64,000 nt of DNA from assembly GCA_030704615.1 (NCBI GenBank), contig CM060731.1:30628001-30692000 (forward strand). Reading direction: 5' to 3'. The notes beneath the pieces were generated by a model that saw nothing but the letters and a program-made list of their open reading frames with translations, had not been told where the DNA came from and searched no databases. Origin of the DNA: Takakia lepidozioides (Eukaryota; Plantae; Bryophyta). Position 1 is the stretch's first letter, and each line of letters opens with the position of its first letter. The translations under genes were made by a program, and so were the position numbers. Of the stretch, positions 51,301 to 64,000 are shown one piece after another.

Positions 51301-52530
51301 AGGGTTTTTCTTCTTGGTCATGGTTGACTGTTGAGGCCATATGGCACCCTTTGAGATTTAACTCTTCTTCCCCTTCAATAATTCAACTATTAACAATATA
51401 GTTATTTGGCTAAAAATAATGTGATTTTTTGGCTAAAATATATTAGGGTTTAGCCAGAACTTGTCGACGTGGCCTTCTGTCTTGCCGAGAAACAAAAACT
51501 TGGCACTAGCTGGCATCCTAAATACATCTGCAGGGATGAACGGCCTCTGAAAAGACAGTAGTGACCAAAAAGAACAAAGAGAGGCAAATGACCTCAATGC
51601 CACGAACACGCTCAAGGACCCATGAGGCAGGGTATGCGTATTCATAGCCGGCTGCCTGCACCCCTGTCAGTGAACACCTGCTAACCGACCCCCTTCCCCT
51701 CTGAGCTCATCCTATAGGCTAAGGGAAATGCTTCTCCCGACATACAAGGTGAATGATGCTGGGAGATGGAGTTTGCGCGCGCCAATATTCACATGGAATT
51801 CAAACCATCTTCATGTCTCTGAGGTTCATCATGGACATGCTAATCTGAGCAAGATAGAATCTGACATTCTGTCCAAGTCCTGACACGCATATGACTACGC
51901 ACCTACAGGTTACTCTGAATTCTTGAAGTTCGAATCCCCACCAAACACAGGTGGGCAGGAGGAAAGCACCAGTGTTGGCCGGGTATGGCATCTGGACATG
52001 CATATCCGGCGGAGCTTCCTAACCGGCTAGAGAACCGGCATCGCGATTGTAAGGATGTTATACCCGGACCAAGATCCGGAACAAATGTGGATGTCGTAGA
52101 GGCGGTTCTAGATAATACATGTAGGGGGTTGGTGATGGTAATTAAGAACATTACAGATGGACAGATCTTGAGGGGAATGTTATGTCTTACTAGTTACAAT
52201 ACATTTACAATGGTTAGGGAGAATGTCCAAGTAGATAGGAAATTAATTAGTTGGGCATTTGGCTAAAATAATAGTTGTCAGCTGTAAGCTTAGTGTATTA
52301 CAAGGGCAGAGCCCCAAGAGATAGATGACAGGGGTTGAACATTTGAAAATCAGATCCATTGGCCAACAGACGAGTGGCTTACCACCAGGCCACAGCCCTC
52401 TTTGTGTAGTTTTACACACACGCACAAAAAGTCTAGAAAAAGTAAAAAAATAAAAATGGATGAATCCCATAACCGGTACCATGGAACTGGCATTTAACCG
52501 GACAATTTTTTTTTCATGTGCTTAATGAGA

Positions 52531-52660
52531 AGACAACTAGCATGTAGCCCAGTGGTAATGGGCACAAACCATGCTGGATGTGATTGTGGGTTCAAACCAC
52601 CGTCTGGTGTGTCATGAATGTGTCCACCTTCCTGTTATAAGAGGTAAAAGTAAAATAAAA
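52531..52660 (+). mobile_element. Probable tRNA-derived SINE
   Basis: Pol III A box TAGCCCAGTGG (52545-52555), B box GGTTCAAACC (52589-52598), A-rich tail, and imperfect flanking direct repeat AATGAGAA/ACTGAGAA. Confidence 0.5.
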
Positions 52661-54229
52661 ACTGAGAACCTGTAACTGAGATGTTTTTTAAACCTATTGG
52701 TATACCCTGCCCCGGCCCTCCATTTTTTTCAAAGAGTAGGCTATAACCGGAAGAGGGCTCAAAACATGGTACCCGGCCAACACTAGAAAGCACCACCGCC
52801 AAAAGAGTAGCAAGCATTCGTGCACCGCCGTTTACCAGTCTCTTTTGTTGCCAAACTCCAAGATCAAACAACCACTTCAAATTTTTGAAGTCATTGACAT
52901 CACTGCCCTTTTGGGAACAAGGCCCCCATTGAAACTCTGTCGAAAGATTTAGTCGAAAGATTTAGTCAGCTGGGCCACCCAATCTAGTATAGAGAGAAAT
53001 CTCCCGATTGCTAACCCCTATGGCGTCCTCGAGCGAATCCACATGTCTCGGAGCTGATTCCTCTCTTTGACAGCCGACTGCATCCCTTCTTTTATCACTG
53101 GAGGGCATCTCTGTGGAACACATTGTTCGATTGCATGCCAATGAAGACCTCTGATGTTTTAGTTTCATCAATTCTAACCATGGATAGCAGTCGATAAAGG
53201 GGAACTTTCTCGGCACGCCTACGGTCAGCCAGGGCTGCTTTCCACTTGAGCTCTGAAGGACTACATCTTGTCAGTCTTCAGCTTCCTCGGCCCAGTGCAG
53301 ATGAAAGGGTGATGGGAAAGAGAATAAGACATTTGCAAAGAAAGGAAAGACTTGCACATTCATGCTTTTATAGTCCGGTGCAGAAGTATCTATTGCAGTA
53401 GAGAGTAGAGAAATCCAGAATAAGAAGAGGGACAGTCTGCATTCAATAGAGTCCAATCAAATGATCGTGACACCAGCTTGCAATGCCTTCTTTCATGCTC
53501 TTGCAGTTAGGCGAGCCAAACATTGAAGCATACTAGTACCGCCATGCAGAAAGGGGCTCCCACTTTCTCATGTGATGGTAGACATAACAATTAGAATAGA
53601 GAAGACAAAAGGTTATCAACGTTGATTGTTAGTTTTGCCAAATTCATTCAGCCTGTTAATCGCTAAGAGTGCATTGTGTGCCTCTGCAGGCCCCATCATG
53701 TAGTTCTATGGGGCCAAATCAAATCCCACTCGGCGGACAAACCATGTACAAAAGAAAGCCACATACTGGGGCAATCAACATAAGGTAGTTTGATTGGCAA
53801 ACCAAAAATTAGGGGTTGCACAGATCCATTTTGCAGAGAACATAGTACTCCTTTTGTCTTCATCCAGCGCTTCTGCACGCAATGAAGAGCAGAAGACCTC
53901 GGATTTGAGATGTGGATGACTGGACAAGTAGAAAGTGGGTGCTGAAGAAATACCGGGTCAATTATAACCAGGAGTGAACATATAGCATTTTCAACAAGCA
54001 TAACAAGCTTAAGTAAAACCTAAAAGCACCAAGAATACGTCCCAATGAATAATGAATTTCGCGCTCTCTAGCCTAAGCTCCCACCCCTGATTTGCTAGAG
54101 CTGTTTTCGGGGTCACTTCCTATTTCCTCTCAAGGAACCAGGATGGTACAGAGACAGATTGACTATGTTCTAGGGCATCACCCTGGCCATAGGAGAAGAA
54201 GGGTGATCACTGCTATTAAGCTATCAATC

Positions 54230-57200
54230 TTAGATGCCAATGAGGCGCTTGTATCGTGCATAGCCCATGACTGCTGCAAAGATCACTGCACAAACAATGC
54301 CTGTAACCACCACCACCTGTTGTCCAACCCAGATTCTGGTCACTTGCAACCTCAAAACAAAAAGGAGCACAAGAGAACATACCAAAGCGCGAACCAAATG
54401 AACTAGCCATCCAAGAGAGGCGTTCAGCTTATGGGACAAGAATGCATGGCAAAAAAAGACAACAGGACATTTGTCCTAATCGCTCCTCCAAGACATAGCA
54501 CTGTTAGTCGCCAAGCATTTCTGTTCTTCAGCCTCTCCTAAAGATGAGCAGCCTCTGAAAAGATACTAATAATACTACCATACAAAGGGCAGGACAGACA
54601 GGGGAAAGGCATTGGAATGGTTACCCATTTGAAGATAAAGGAATGTTGCTGGTTCCAGGAATATGGGAGATTCATGCCAAATATGCCCGCCACCAAGGAA
54701 TAAAGGGCAACCACCACAGTCGCAGAGCTAAGAATCAACTCTAGCTGCAGTAAGCCCACATGCGGAGCTAAGATGCTATGGGAAAAAGCATATTTGGGTT
54801 GAAAGGGCTACTTGATTGTCACTGGCGAAAGAAAAAAGAAATAAAGAGAAAAAGTAACTCATCGAAGAAGTAAGGGAGAATCTATCAGGAAAAACTGCAA
54901 AAGTCATGGGATCATTCACGAAGAGAGGCTAAGACCGACACAGACAGGAGTGAAGCAGGGACATACCTGAATGAGCTGGTTCCGATGGTTGTCCAACTGC
55001 ACCAGAAACAGTGGAGAAGTGAAAGCATTAGAACAGGGCAATGATCATCATGTGCTTGGCCTTCCAAACAGTTATACAAAAAATGCCCATATTGAGACAT
55101 TGACTACCATAACCATCATACACAAAGGTGCCTGCACATATGAGGCAGTATACCCGAGTACCTAGATCAAGACTGCTCCCTAGAAAAACACACTTTTTCT
55201 GGTACTGAACCCCAGTTCCTACACAGGAAGATGAGTATATGGGCACTGTAGACTCCAAGAGCATCTGAGGATGAACTTTTCCACCTTGGTATGTGAAACT
55301 ACCTGAATGTTGATGTAATCCTCGTCGTCATCGATGGACTCTCGGAGCTGCCATACAGAAGTTACTTAAATAAGCCAAGAGGCTCTTGGCCACATTACGA
55401 AGTGCCGAGTCCTCATCAACTATGTCAGAATTATCAGAACAACACTGGTGATGTTTTTAAGACTTTCCAGCCAGCCGTTGCAGGGAAGCAACAGCTAGTT
55501 AACCAATTAATACATTTCAAATACTTCTGGTTGCTGAAAGGAGTAACAGACTTTCCAGCCAGTTCCTCACAGATTTAGTCATATGTACCTTCCTTTGGTT
55601 GGTTACTCTCTGCTAACAGAACAGAAAGCACCAGGGGAACATAAACTTACTGTGGTAAGTTTATTTAGGGTGCCATCAATTTGCATAAAATAGGCCTGCA
55701 CCAGTTCCAACCCCATCCATCAATGAACCAACAAGGAATGTCCTCCAGTTACAAGTCAGTTTCAAGAAATGGTGCTGGTTTGATCAGAAACAGAGGTCAC
55801 AGCCAGAAATGACACATTGAAAGGTTGCAACATGATCCTGAAAAGCTGTCTATACCAAGGGCATTCTCATTCCATTTCTCAGACATCTGTCCTGGCACAT
55901 TACCACCAACTTTCAAGGCAGAGAGAGAGAGAGAGCAAATTTTACATAGCACAAGTACTGCAAATCAGTTATACCTCCAGCAACATCTCTAGTTCCTCCA
56001 CATCATCTGCACCATTAGCAGTGCCATGGATGTAGCTGGTCACAGTGCTTGCTTTATCTGCCCGTGAAATACGAGACCCGATTGTTGGTGAGATCGGAGC
56101 CCAATTGGGTGCAACAGAGGTTGTCACAGGGGATGTGGCCCCTAGCATTTTTCGAGTTAAGAACAGGTCTGCCATATCATCATCATCATCTAGCAGCTGC
56201 TCCAGCTCATCCCTTACCTGCAACAGAGGATACACATTGAGTTATTAGTGGGCAACAGTAGCATAGGTCTGGTGCCGAATAGAACAAACATGCAGCACCA
56301 GTTACCTTTTGCACACGTGCAGTGAGCCTAGTCATGCCACTCTTCAATTTTCGAACTCGGTCCAAGTTCCGACTGCTGATCTGCATTACAGTGGGGCATT
56401 AAACCTACATATCAGCCTCCAAAGGGCCAGCAAGATGGCCGAACACATTTTTGACGCAGCTCCAAACAATGTCAATGGAACACTCATTACAATTTTTTTA
56501 AATCAGGTGTCTCTATGAGGTATTGACCAACAGAGACTTCACAGCATCTCTCTCACAGTCCTCAATACCTGAACAGCAAAATAGACTGGTATATTGAACA
56601 TGATCAATGAACACAGGTAGGGCTTCAAGGTTGTGAATTCAGCTCAAGAGGCTCTCAACACACTATGAAGGGGTCTTTGACCCTCTAATCACTAGCTTAT
56701 TCATGAACCTGGGCAGAGATGAGAGAGTTAGGAATTGAACATGCCTTCCTTGTGAGCTCATCCAAAGCTGGGTAAGCAGCTCCTACCAACTCGGTTGTTC
56801 GGGCATCCAAAAAGCTACAGATGGCTTCCAAGGCAACCTCCAAAGCACGAAATTCGAAAGGGGGGGCTGACCCCCAAAAGACAGCTAGTTAGCTTGCCAC
56901 CCTTCATAAACCCTCATTTTTGTTAAAAAGGCACACAGCGGTAAAATGATTCTGCCATCCAAATTATCCTCATACACTGATTGACAAGATTCAAATCTGT
57001 TGTATTTTATTCAATTCATGTCCGTGACAGACGCTGCAACTGCCCTAGGTGCTTATTGCTGCTGGACCTGACACTGGCTGATCAGAACATCAATCATGAC
57101 CTCTAACAGTACAGAAACAAAATGTGATGCTCCCAGAAAACTAACCATCTTCCCCAGGCATGTTGTCATCTTGACCTCCCGTTTGAGGATCCCAAGACAT

Positions 57201-58606
57201 CCCCTTCCTAGAGGTTTTCTCCAGATGTTTACCTTCACCCTCATATCCATCTAACCCCAAGCCATCAGGATCCCCCTTGATAGGCAGCCGTCGACATAGC
57301 TCTTCTACAATAGGGATGACAAATTCGTCTGTCGGATTCCGCAACAGGACCTGTGCATTAAGACCCACAAGATGTATGCAGAGCTTGAACTCATGCTTTG
57401 AAGCTCAAGAAGTACCACCTACTGAGTTGGGGCTCACTATGAGCATGTCTGCCAGAAGGGTGACTTGGTTATACAACCCCACTTGCTGGATACCCAAAAT
57501 TATAGTACTCAAACAATGCTTCGGCAAGAGATAAGTGCAAACACTTGATTGTTCCATCGGATCCAGTACTACACCAACATGGTCACTCTCGCATTTGAGG
57601 GTAATTGAACACCACTGTATTGATAACAAGGCTGTGCACACACTAAACAATGGCGACATGAAGAGCTTGGAAAGAAAATCACAAACACTCTGAAAACAGT
57701 AAATACCTCTTCTGCTGTGATAATGGCCTTGATATGCTGTTAAAAAGCCCACAAGTAATGGTGTTAATGCGCTATTGCAAGAACAAATGATTTTCAGATG
57801 AGATTCTACTCACAGAAGAGGAGTACCAGGTTTCAAGAATTTGAGACAAATATCACAGCTGCTCATAGCACAGGTAGCACTTGCCCAGGCACAAACATCT
57901 GGTGCCTTGATGCCAAGTGTTGACTCACACATAATGACACACAATTGTATGTGGAGCATGCACATTGATACATCTTCTTCAGCTGAACGCACATCATTCT
58001 GAAAAGTGTTTCAAGGCTGGCTGCCTCAAAACTGGCCGTGCACACATCTGCTGTTGACAGAATATAGGGAACATCCAAAGGCGTTCTCATACCAAAAAAT
58101 TCGATCAATTGAAAATGACCGCTGATTCAAAGATTGATTGGGAGATTTACAAACTGGAGAATTGTGTACCTGGTGTGATTCTAAATTAAGAAGCCTATAC
58201 GTTTCAACCAAACTTTAAGTGATAAGGATAAAACCCTTGCACCATGCTCAAACCCCTCATTCACTACCAATACTATGTAATACATACAAACAGGAAAAAA
58301 TCGCCTCAACAGTGTGTGTCTGTAGTCCGTACCCACAACTGGGCGAGGGCGACTCTAAGGAGTGTAAGGCATCACCTCAAGATTCAGGACAATGGCACGC
58401 TCACGCCCCAGTATGGTAGATGGATACGAAAGGAGGGGATCCAGAATACGGAGATCACGGGCATGAATGCCAACGCGGTGCATGATGGCGTACTTGTCCA
58501 CTTCCAGCAGCATCGATTCTCCATTGGCATCAAGCAGCATCCAGCTGCGGGATGCTGTCTTTTTCTTTGCCAGTGCCTGCGTATCTTGCACTACCGATGG
58601 AATCAT
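54230..58606 (-). CDS. MRS2: MRS2/CorA-like magnesium transporter, 11 coding exons, ~410 aa
   Basis: Exons 58376-58606, 57707-57736, 57146-57350, 56745-56866, 56306-56380, 55975-56217, 55651-55695, 55303-55347, 54967-54996, 54625-54744 and 54230-54316 sum to 1233 nt in frame. Motifs [65 protein letters not shown]. Probable 5' UTR intron ~58654-59007. Confidence 0.95.
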
Positions 58607-59707
58607 GGCCTTCGCCGGATTGACAAACCACTAGAACTGCTACATCAATGAATCTGCAGTGAAGAAAAAAAGTGACATGCAATTGCTTAGGTGTGCCACT
58701 TCATTCATAAGCTTCATTCACCCAAACCTGAATTGTTGCAACCACAACTGATGTCATCACGATTTGCCTATTCACTTCCGAGTATGAGTGTTATAATCCT
58801 CTTTCGGTTCTGTAAAACAACTGAAATTCTCAAAGCAAAGCTCCCATGCTGGCAACGACGCAAACAGTATCACATCAGAAACTGGAAGATGAGCGGGCGC
58901 ATTACTTTTGAATTGTGAGCATTTCAAACTGATTCAGTCGGATTGGTGCACTTCGTCACTTCGTCGCACCAAGCATTCACTTGCAAGGACCGCTGCCCCG
59001 TCGATTACCTGCAAAACAGACCTCTGCATACTGATCCAAACCTACCAATAACGCTGTCTCTATCCATTATCCGTTAGGGTTAGTTCTGGCAAAATTTCCC
59101 TCGAAGGTGATAGTCCTGGCATTCAAGGAAGAAGTCTAGGGCTCAATTGGCTGAAATAGTTGCAAGCTGCAGTATGGCGGGTCCAATTCAGGGCGACAGG
59201 AAGATGGATCAAGAAAGGAGCACGGACACCGCAGCAGCAAGGACTCCTGGTTTGTAGCTCAAATGACGCCAAACGTGTTCTCCCATATTGTCGATGTAGG
59301 TTTCACGCACTGTAATTGCAGATCAGCAGTCGGAAATCGGACCGAGTTCGAAAAATGACGAGTGGCCTGACTAGGCTAGCTGCCTTCGTGCGAAAGGTAA
59401 TTGATGCTGCATGTTCGCTCTGGTGGACACCAGACGTATGATGTCGTTGCACAAGAATTACTCACTCACAGTCTGTATCCTGGGCAAGTTAGGGATGAGC
59501 TCAGCATGATGATGATGGAGCCACATCCCCCACTACCCACCCAATGGGCCTTCGATCTCTCCAACAATCGGGCCTCGTATTTCGCGGGCACATAGTGCAA
59601 GCACTTTGACCAGCTATATCCATGGCACTGCTAATGGTGCGGATGATGTGGAGAAACTAGAGATGTTGCTGGAAGTATAACTGATTCCTGGTACTTGTGT
59701 TATGTGA

Positions 59708-59708
<1 letters not shown>

Positions 59709-59748
<40 letters not shown>

Positions 59749-59765
59749 GCACGCACGCACGCACA
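59709..59765. repeat. Compound microsatellite (TC)n(AC)n(GCAC)n
   Basis: Directly visible; expanded relative to the (GA)n at ~55920 in the parental intron. Confidence 0.95.
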
Positions 59766-61502
59766 AGTTGGTGGATGTGTTAAGAGCAGGTGTGTAATCA
59801 GTGGGATGAGAGTGCCCTTGGTATAGACAGCTTTTCAGGATCCTGCTGCCAGTTTTCGTATTGTGTCATTTCTGGAAGTGACAAGTGACCTCCGTTCCAG
59901 AGCAACAATGGGTGGGAATTGTGATGACCAAACCAGCACCATTTGTTGGAGCTGACTTATGACTCTAGGAGATTCATTGGTGGAGGGGGTCGGAACTGAC
60001 TGAAGGCCTATAATCATGGCACCCTAAGGAAACTTACCACGGTCAGTGTCATTTATCTCTGGTGCTGTTGTTCTGTAAGCTTGGAACTGAGGGAGTAAGC
60101 AACCGAAGCAAGCGACTATATCTTTGAAGAACTGACTGGGAAGCTTGTTACCGTGTCAAGCACCCAGAATTATTTGGAATCTATTCTGCAATTCTTAATT
60201 GTTTTATTCAGCTGTTGCTTCCCTGCTATGCCTGGCTGACCTGAAAACAGCATCAGTGTTGTGCTGATGATTTTGACATAGTTGATGAGGACTCGGCAGT
60301 TCATAATGTAGCCAAGAGCCTCTTGACAGGGTTTTGTGAATGTTGTAAGGCAGCTCCGAGAGCACATCGACGACACCGAAGATAAGATCGACATTCTGGT
60401 AGTTTCACATATAAGGTGGAAAAGTCTAAAGCTAAGGTGGTCTTGGAATCATACACTCTTTTTGTTGTGTAGGCACTCAGGTTCACTTCCATCAGGACCA
60501 GAAGTAGTGTGTTTTCTAGGATGGCTAAGCCAGCAGTCTTGATCTAGGCACTCGGGTACTGCCTCACATGTGGAGGCACGTTTGGTATGAAAAGGTTATG
60601 GTAGTCAGTGTCTCAATATGAGCAATTTATTGTATGGCTGTATGGAGAGCATGGGTAGGCCTAGCACATGATGATCATTGCCCTAATGCCTTCACTTTTC
60701 CACTTTTCTTTGTGCAGTTGGAAAACCAGCGAAAGCAGCTCATTCAGGCATGTCCCTGCTTGCTTGCTTCTGTCTGTGTTGGCCTTAGCCTCCCATGGTC
60801 AACGAGCCCATGAGTTCTGTATTCTTTTGCATGATAGATTCTTTCGATGACTTCTTTTCTCTTTCTTCTTTTGCCCGTGACAAACATGTAGCTCCTTCAA
60901 CCCATATATGCTTTTTCCTGAAGCCTTAGTTGCACCGATGGGCTTACTACAGCTAGAGTTGATTCTCAGCTTGGTGACTGTGGTGTTGGCCCTTTATAGT
61001 GGGAATATTTGGTATGAATCTTCCATGTTACTGGAACAAGGACCATTCCTATTTCTTCAAATGGGTAACTATTTCAATGCCTGGCCCTGCCTTCCCTGCC
61101 AATTGTATGCGGGATTAGAGGGCTTTAGCCTAGTGTCTTTTCAGAAGCTGCTCATCTTTGGGAGAGGCTGAAGAACAGAAATTCTTGGCCACTAACCTTC
61201 ACGCAGTGCTGTCTTATAGCATTGATTGGGATTCAACCTTCTGGTTGTTTCTTTTTTTGCTATGCATTCTTGTCCCATAAGCTGTAGTTTCTCTTGGATG
61301 TTATAGTTCATTCGGTTCTTTGTTCGCATAGAATACTTCCCTCGAATTTTATGTTGTATAGCGTAAACTCAACCCCTGATATTTTCTAGAGCTGCATCAG
61401 GTTTACCGTCTATCTCCTCTCCCAGGATAGTACAGAGACAGGTTGACCAAAATCAAGAGCATTGCTCTAGCCTTAGGAGGAGAAGGGTGGCTACACTATT
61501 AA

Positions 61503-62541
61503 CCCCTAAAGGACGAGAGATGTTTTTGGGTTTTTGGACAATTCCGGGACCCACCCTCACACGTCAGCAGCTACCTGCCCACCAACGTTCATCCACGTGG
61601 ATGAACAGTACAAACTGCTTCCTACCTACAAGATGCACAAGCCCCCCACATTTAGGGAGATTCCACCGTGTAGTTTGGGAGATTATAACATTTGAAGACG
61701 GTGCATTTTTTTGAAAATGGAAAAAACAAAGCAAAAGTTCATATTTGACCAAGCAAATTATCCATGATCCCAAATTTTCCCGGGAGAAAAAGTGCTATGT
61801 TCCTGTGAAGTGCACAATCCCAAACCCTCACACCAAATTTCACCCCAATCTGCCAAAATGAAAGGGGGGGGGGGGGGTGCTTTGTATATGACTGGAATGG
61901 GGGTCCAAAAAGAGAATTTGCAAAGGAAATGGTATAGGCCCCATTGGGACCCCAAATTCTCCTTCATTTGGGAATTCCAACGGTCAGTCCCTCATAGGCC
62001 AAGAACTACACAAGCCTGCCCAAGAATTTCCCAAAAATTCCCTAAATTGCATTTGGGATGTGGGATTTTGTGAAATTTCCGGCCTCTCGGTGGCCGGGAT
62101 TTTGCCTGAATCCGACGACGTTTTTCGGGCCACGTCGAGGTTTCCCATTATTTGCTAGGACCAGCTCATTCGAGCCGTCCCCGAGTTCGTCGGCGTTTTG
62201 GGGAGGGCCTCACAAGCCCCCGACTCCAACCCCTGCATTGCCCCCCACCGCATTGCCCCCCACCGCAAAATCCCACCCGCGTGGCTGCTGCCACCTGCCA
62301 CGTCGACGGTCAACTGCCGTGCCCCCCACCCACCCACCCAAAATCCTGTAATTTCCAAACTTCAAAAAATTCTTGACTGCGGAGTTTTTCTCTGTTGGGG
62401 GTGTCATAAATCCTGCATGTGCAGCTCGTTCCGCGCTACATTTTTCGTTCAAGCCGCTCGTTCATCGGACTTCATCCATGCATGCTACGGATGGATGAAA
62501 AATCGGGCCTACCCGATTCGGGTCGGCTCGTCGTTCAAGGG
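61503..62541. mobile_element. piggyBac-like non-autonomous element (TTAA TSD), 1039 bp
   Basis: TTAA|CCCCTAAAGGACGAG ... CTCGTCGTTCAAGGG|TTAA (12/15 TIR match). The flanks rejoin to CTATTAAGC.ATCAA, as at the parental MRS2 3' UTR (~54213-54228). Confidence 0.8.
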
Positions 62542-63038
62542 TTAAGCCATCAAACAAAGGCCTCTCATAACTGCCAAACATTCTTAGATGCCAATAAGGC
62601 GCTTGCTTATGCACTTCCACGCAACAGGCCATCCACGCTAGTAGTGGCAACTATGATACTTGCACTATTTCACCAAAAGAGGCCCACAAAAATCAAAACA
62701 AAACAAAACAATAATAATAATAATAATAATCGGAAGTGTTGATTTTTTTTTTTCCTCATTTTACAGCCAATATTTTACCAAAAAAACTCACACCGACCCC
62801 CCATGGGTTGCTCTTAATCAGCGTCGGGTTATTGTTTAGGGACTCGGTCAATTAGCTCATAAGTTTTAGCAAAACGACTATTTTTTTGAAACGTGTTTAT
62901 AAAAATCTAAGCTTGACCATATTACCCATTTGGGCTTTTGGTTATCCAAGGCTCTAACAATCCTCGTCTTCCATCCATCCAACACGGTTGAGTTCATTGT
63001 CATGTGTAAATACATGGTCTCGCATCAATAAAGCTACT

Positions 63039-63231
63039 AACTTGTCAAAGTCACTCCTAACCACCATAGATCCACCCAACGAGCTAACTTACAGAGTTCA
63101 ATATGCATCTTAGGGCCGAGTCTGATGAGAGGGTAAAACAGACAGAAATAGGTTGAAGAAGAAGGTGCCCTCACCACATCGTCCTTGACCTTGTGTCATG
63201 ACCCATGGAGGATTTGACCGAACATCAACCC
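63039..63231 (-). pseudogene. 5' fragment of the same PDF-PPR gene family carried by the CACTA
   Basis: Homologous to ~5067-5255 and ~6960-7105; interrupted at 63232 by copy A4. Confidence 0.8.
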
Positions 63232-64000
63232 TGTCGTGCGCATACATATCGCTACACAACTACATCGCTGTCCAAACCACACCACACATATATGCACAAT
63301 AAAGTAGTCTACCACAATAGTCTAACCAAACTAGATAAGGACACACACTCTCAACACAAGAAATATGCAATCCCTCAACATCACTCTTTAAGATAATAGT
63401 CGAGCCAGGGGCACCCCAAGCTATGGGGACTCCACCCCACAACAACCTACACTCCCATCATAAGCACACTCAGATCTGAAGAATGCAGGAGCTCGGTCGC
63501 GCAGGCTCAACTCGAGAGAGATGAGCTGCGCGACTGCCGCTCTCGTGAAGATAAGACGGACCAGGTGTCAAACTAAACTTGACACCTGATTTAACACTTG
63601 ACCTAAATCCAAGTGTTAAATACAAATAACTAGTTTTATGCTAGTTGTTTTCACACTGTGCTTATTTAACTTGACAGCTGTCGTGCGCATACATATCGCT
63701 ACACAACTACATCGCTGTCCAAACCACACCACACATATATGCACAATAAAGTAGTCTACCACAATCGCCCCCCTAGCTGGTGGATAGGTCCCTCTACCTC
63801 CAGATAGCTACAAGATGTAATAGCCACAGCTGTACTAAGTCCTCTATCACTGTCTTTATCGTGCTCAAACTCTATCAACCAAGAGGCCGGGTACAAGAGT
63901 AGCCCCATCGTTAGTCGCCGTCTTGCAATCTATGAACTTGAGCCAAGATCTCGTGTGTTCTAGGTCTCCTAGTAGCTGGGTCTTGCGTTTCTTGTTAACC
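63232..64000 (-). mobile_element. Family A copy A4, 3' end: 3' UTR - PPT - A (63679-63763) - GC - B (~63330-63676) - A (63232-63316)
   Basis: Two direct 85-bp A repeats flank B; the terminal CA abuts unrelated host sequence; the element continues beyond the window. Confidence 0.92.

Larger units (their letters stand above)
59293..62612 (+). pseudogene. Inverted, degenerate partial duplicate of the MRS2 gene (exons 5-10 with introns; last exon end and 3' UTR re-inverted)
   Basis: 59293-~61330 is a diverged reverse complement of ~54390-56415 (ISSR.., [49 protein letters not shown]). 61385-61502 and 62542-62612 match ~54095-54250 in direct orientation. Confidence 0.9.

Noticed and set aside
51433-53460. 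Possible spliced gene or LINE fragments on the minus strand
   Set aside because: Some exon-like pieces with AG/GT borders, but stops in all frames and no recognisable domain.

Overview
Eukaryotic, transposon-dense window from a land plant, probably a non-seed plant (inferred from PLS-class PPR fragments, an 11-exon MRS2 gene and the retroelement types). Only one host gene looks intact: an MRS2/CorA-like Mg2+ transporter (minus strand, CDS 54230-58606), with a degenerate inverted partial duplicate immediately upstream. The rest is a nest of transposons, most delimited by target-site duplications (TSDs). Main result: a Ty3/Gypsy-type retrotransposon family ('family A', three copies: 1-28105 fragmented, 29013-39808, 63232-64000+). 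Its polyprotein reads gag-protease-DNMT3-like C5 DNA methyltransferase-RT-RNaseH-DDE integrase-PHD finger. It has no conventional LTR pair. Its ends are two different repeats (A, 85 bp; B, ~353 bp), and an internal A-GC-B copy joins them through the palindrome GACAGCTGTC. The reconstructed layout B-ORFs-A-B-A, with a 4-bp TSD, is the split-repeat architecture of tyrosine-recombinase (PAT/Ngaro-type) elements on a DDE-integrase element. Also present: an 8.4-kb CACTA packed with fragments of an OSB-type PDF-motif + PPR fusion gene, an Athila/Tat-like element with extra ORFs, a chromovirus, a MULE-like MITE, a piggyBac-like TTAA element, an L1 remnant, a probable SINE, and five independent inversions. 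All coordinates were read by eye; no database searches were run.
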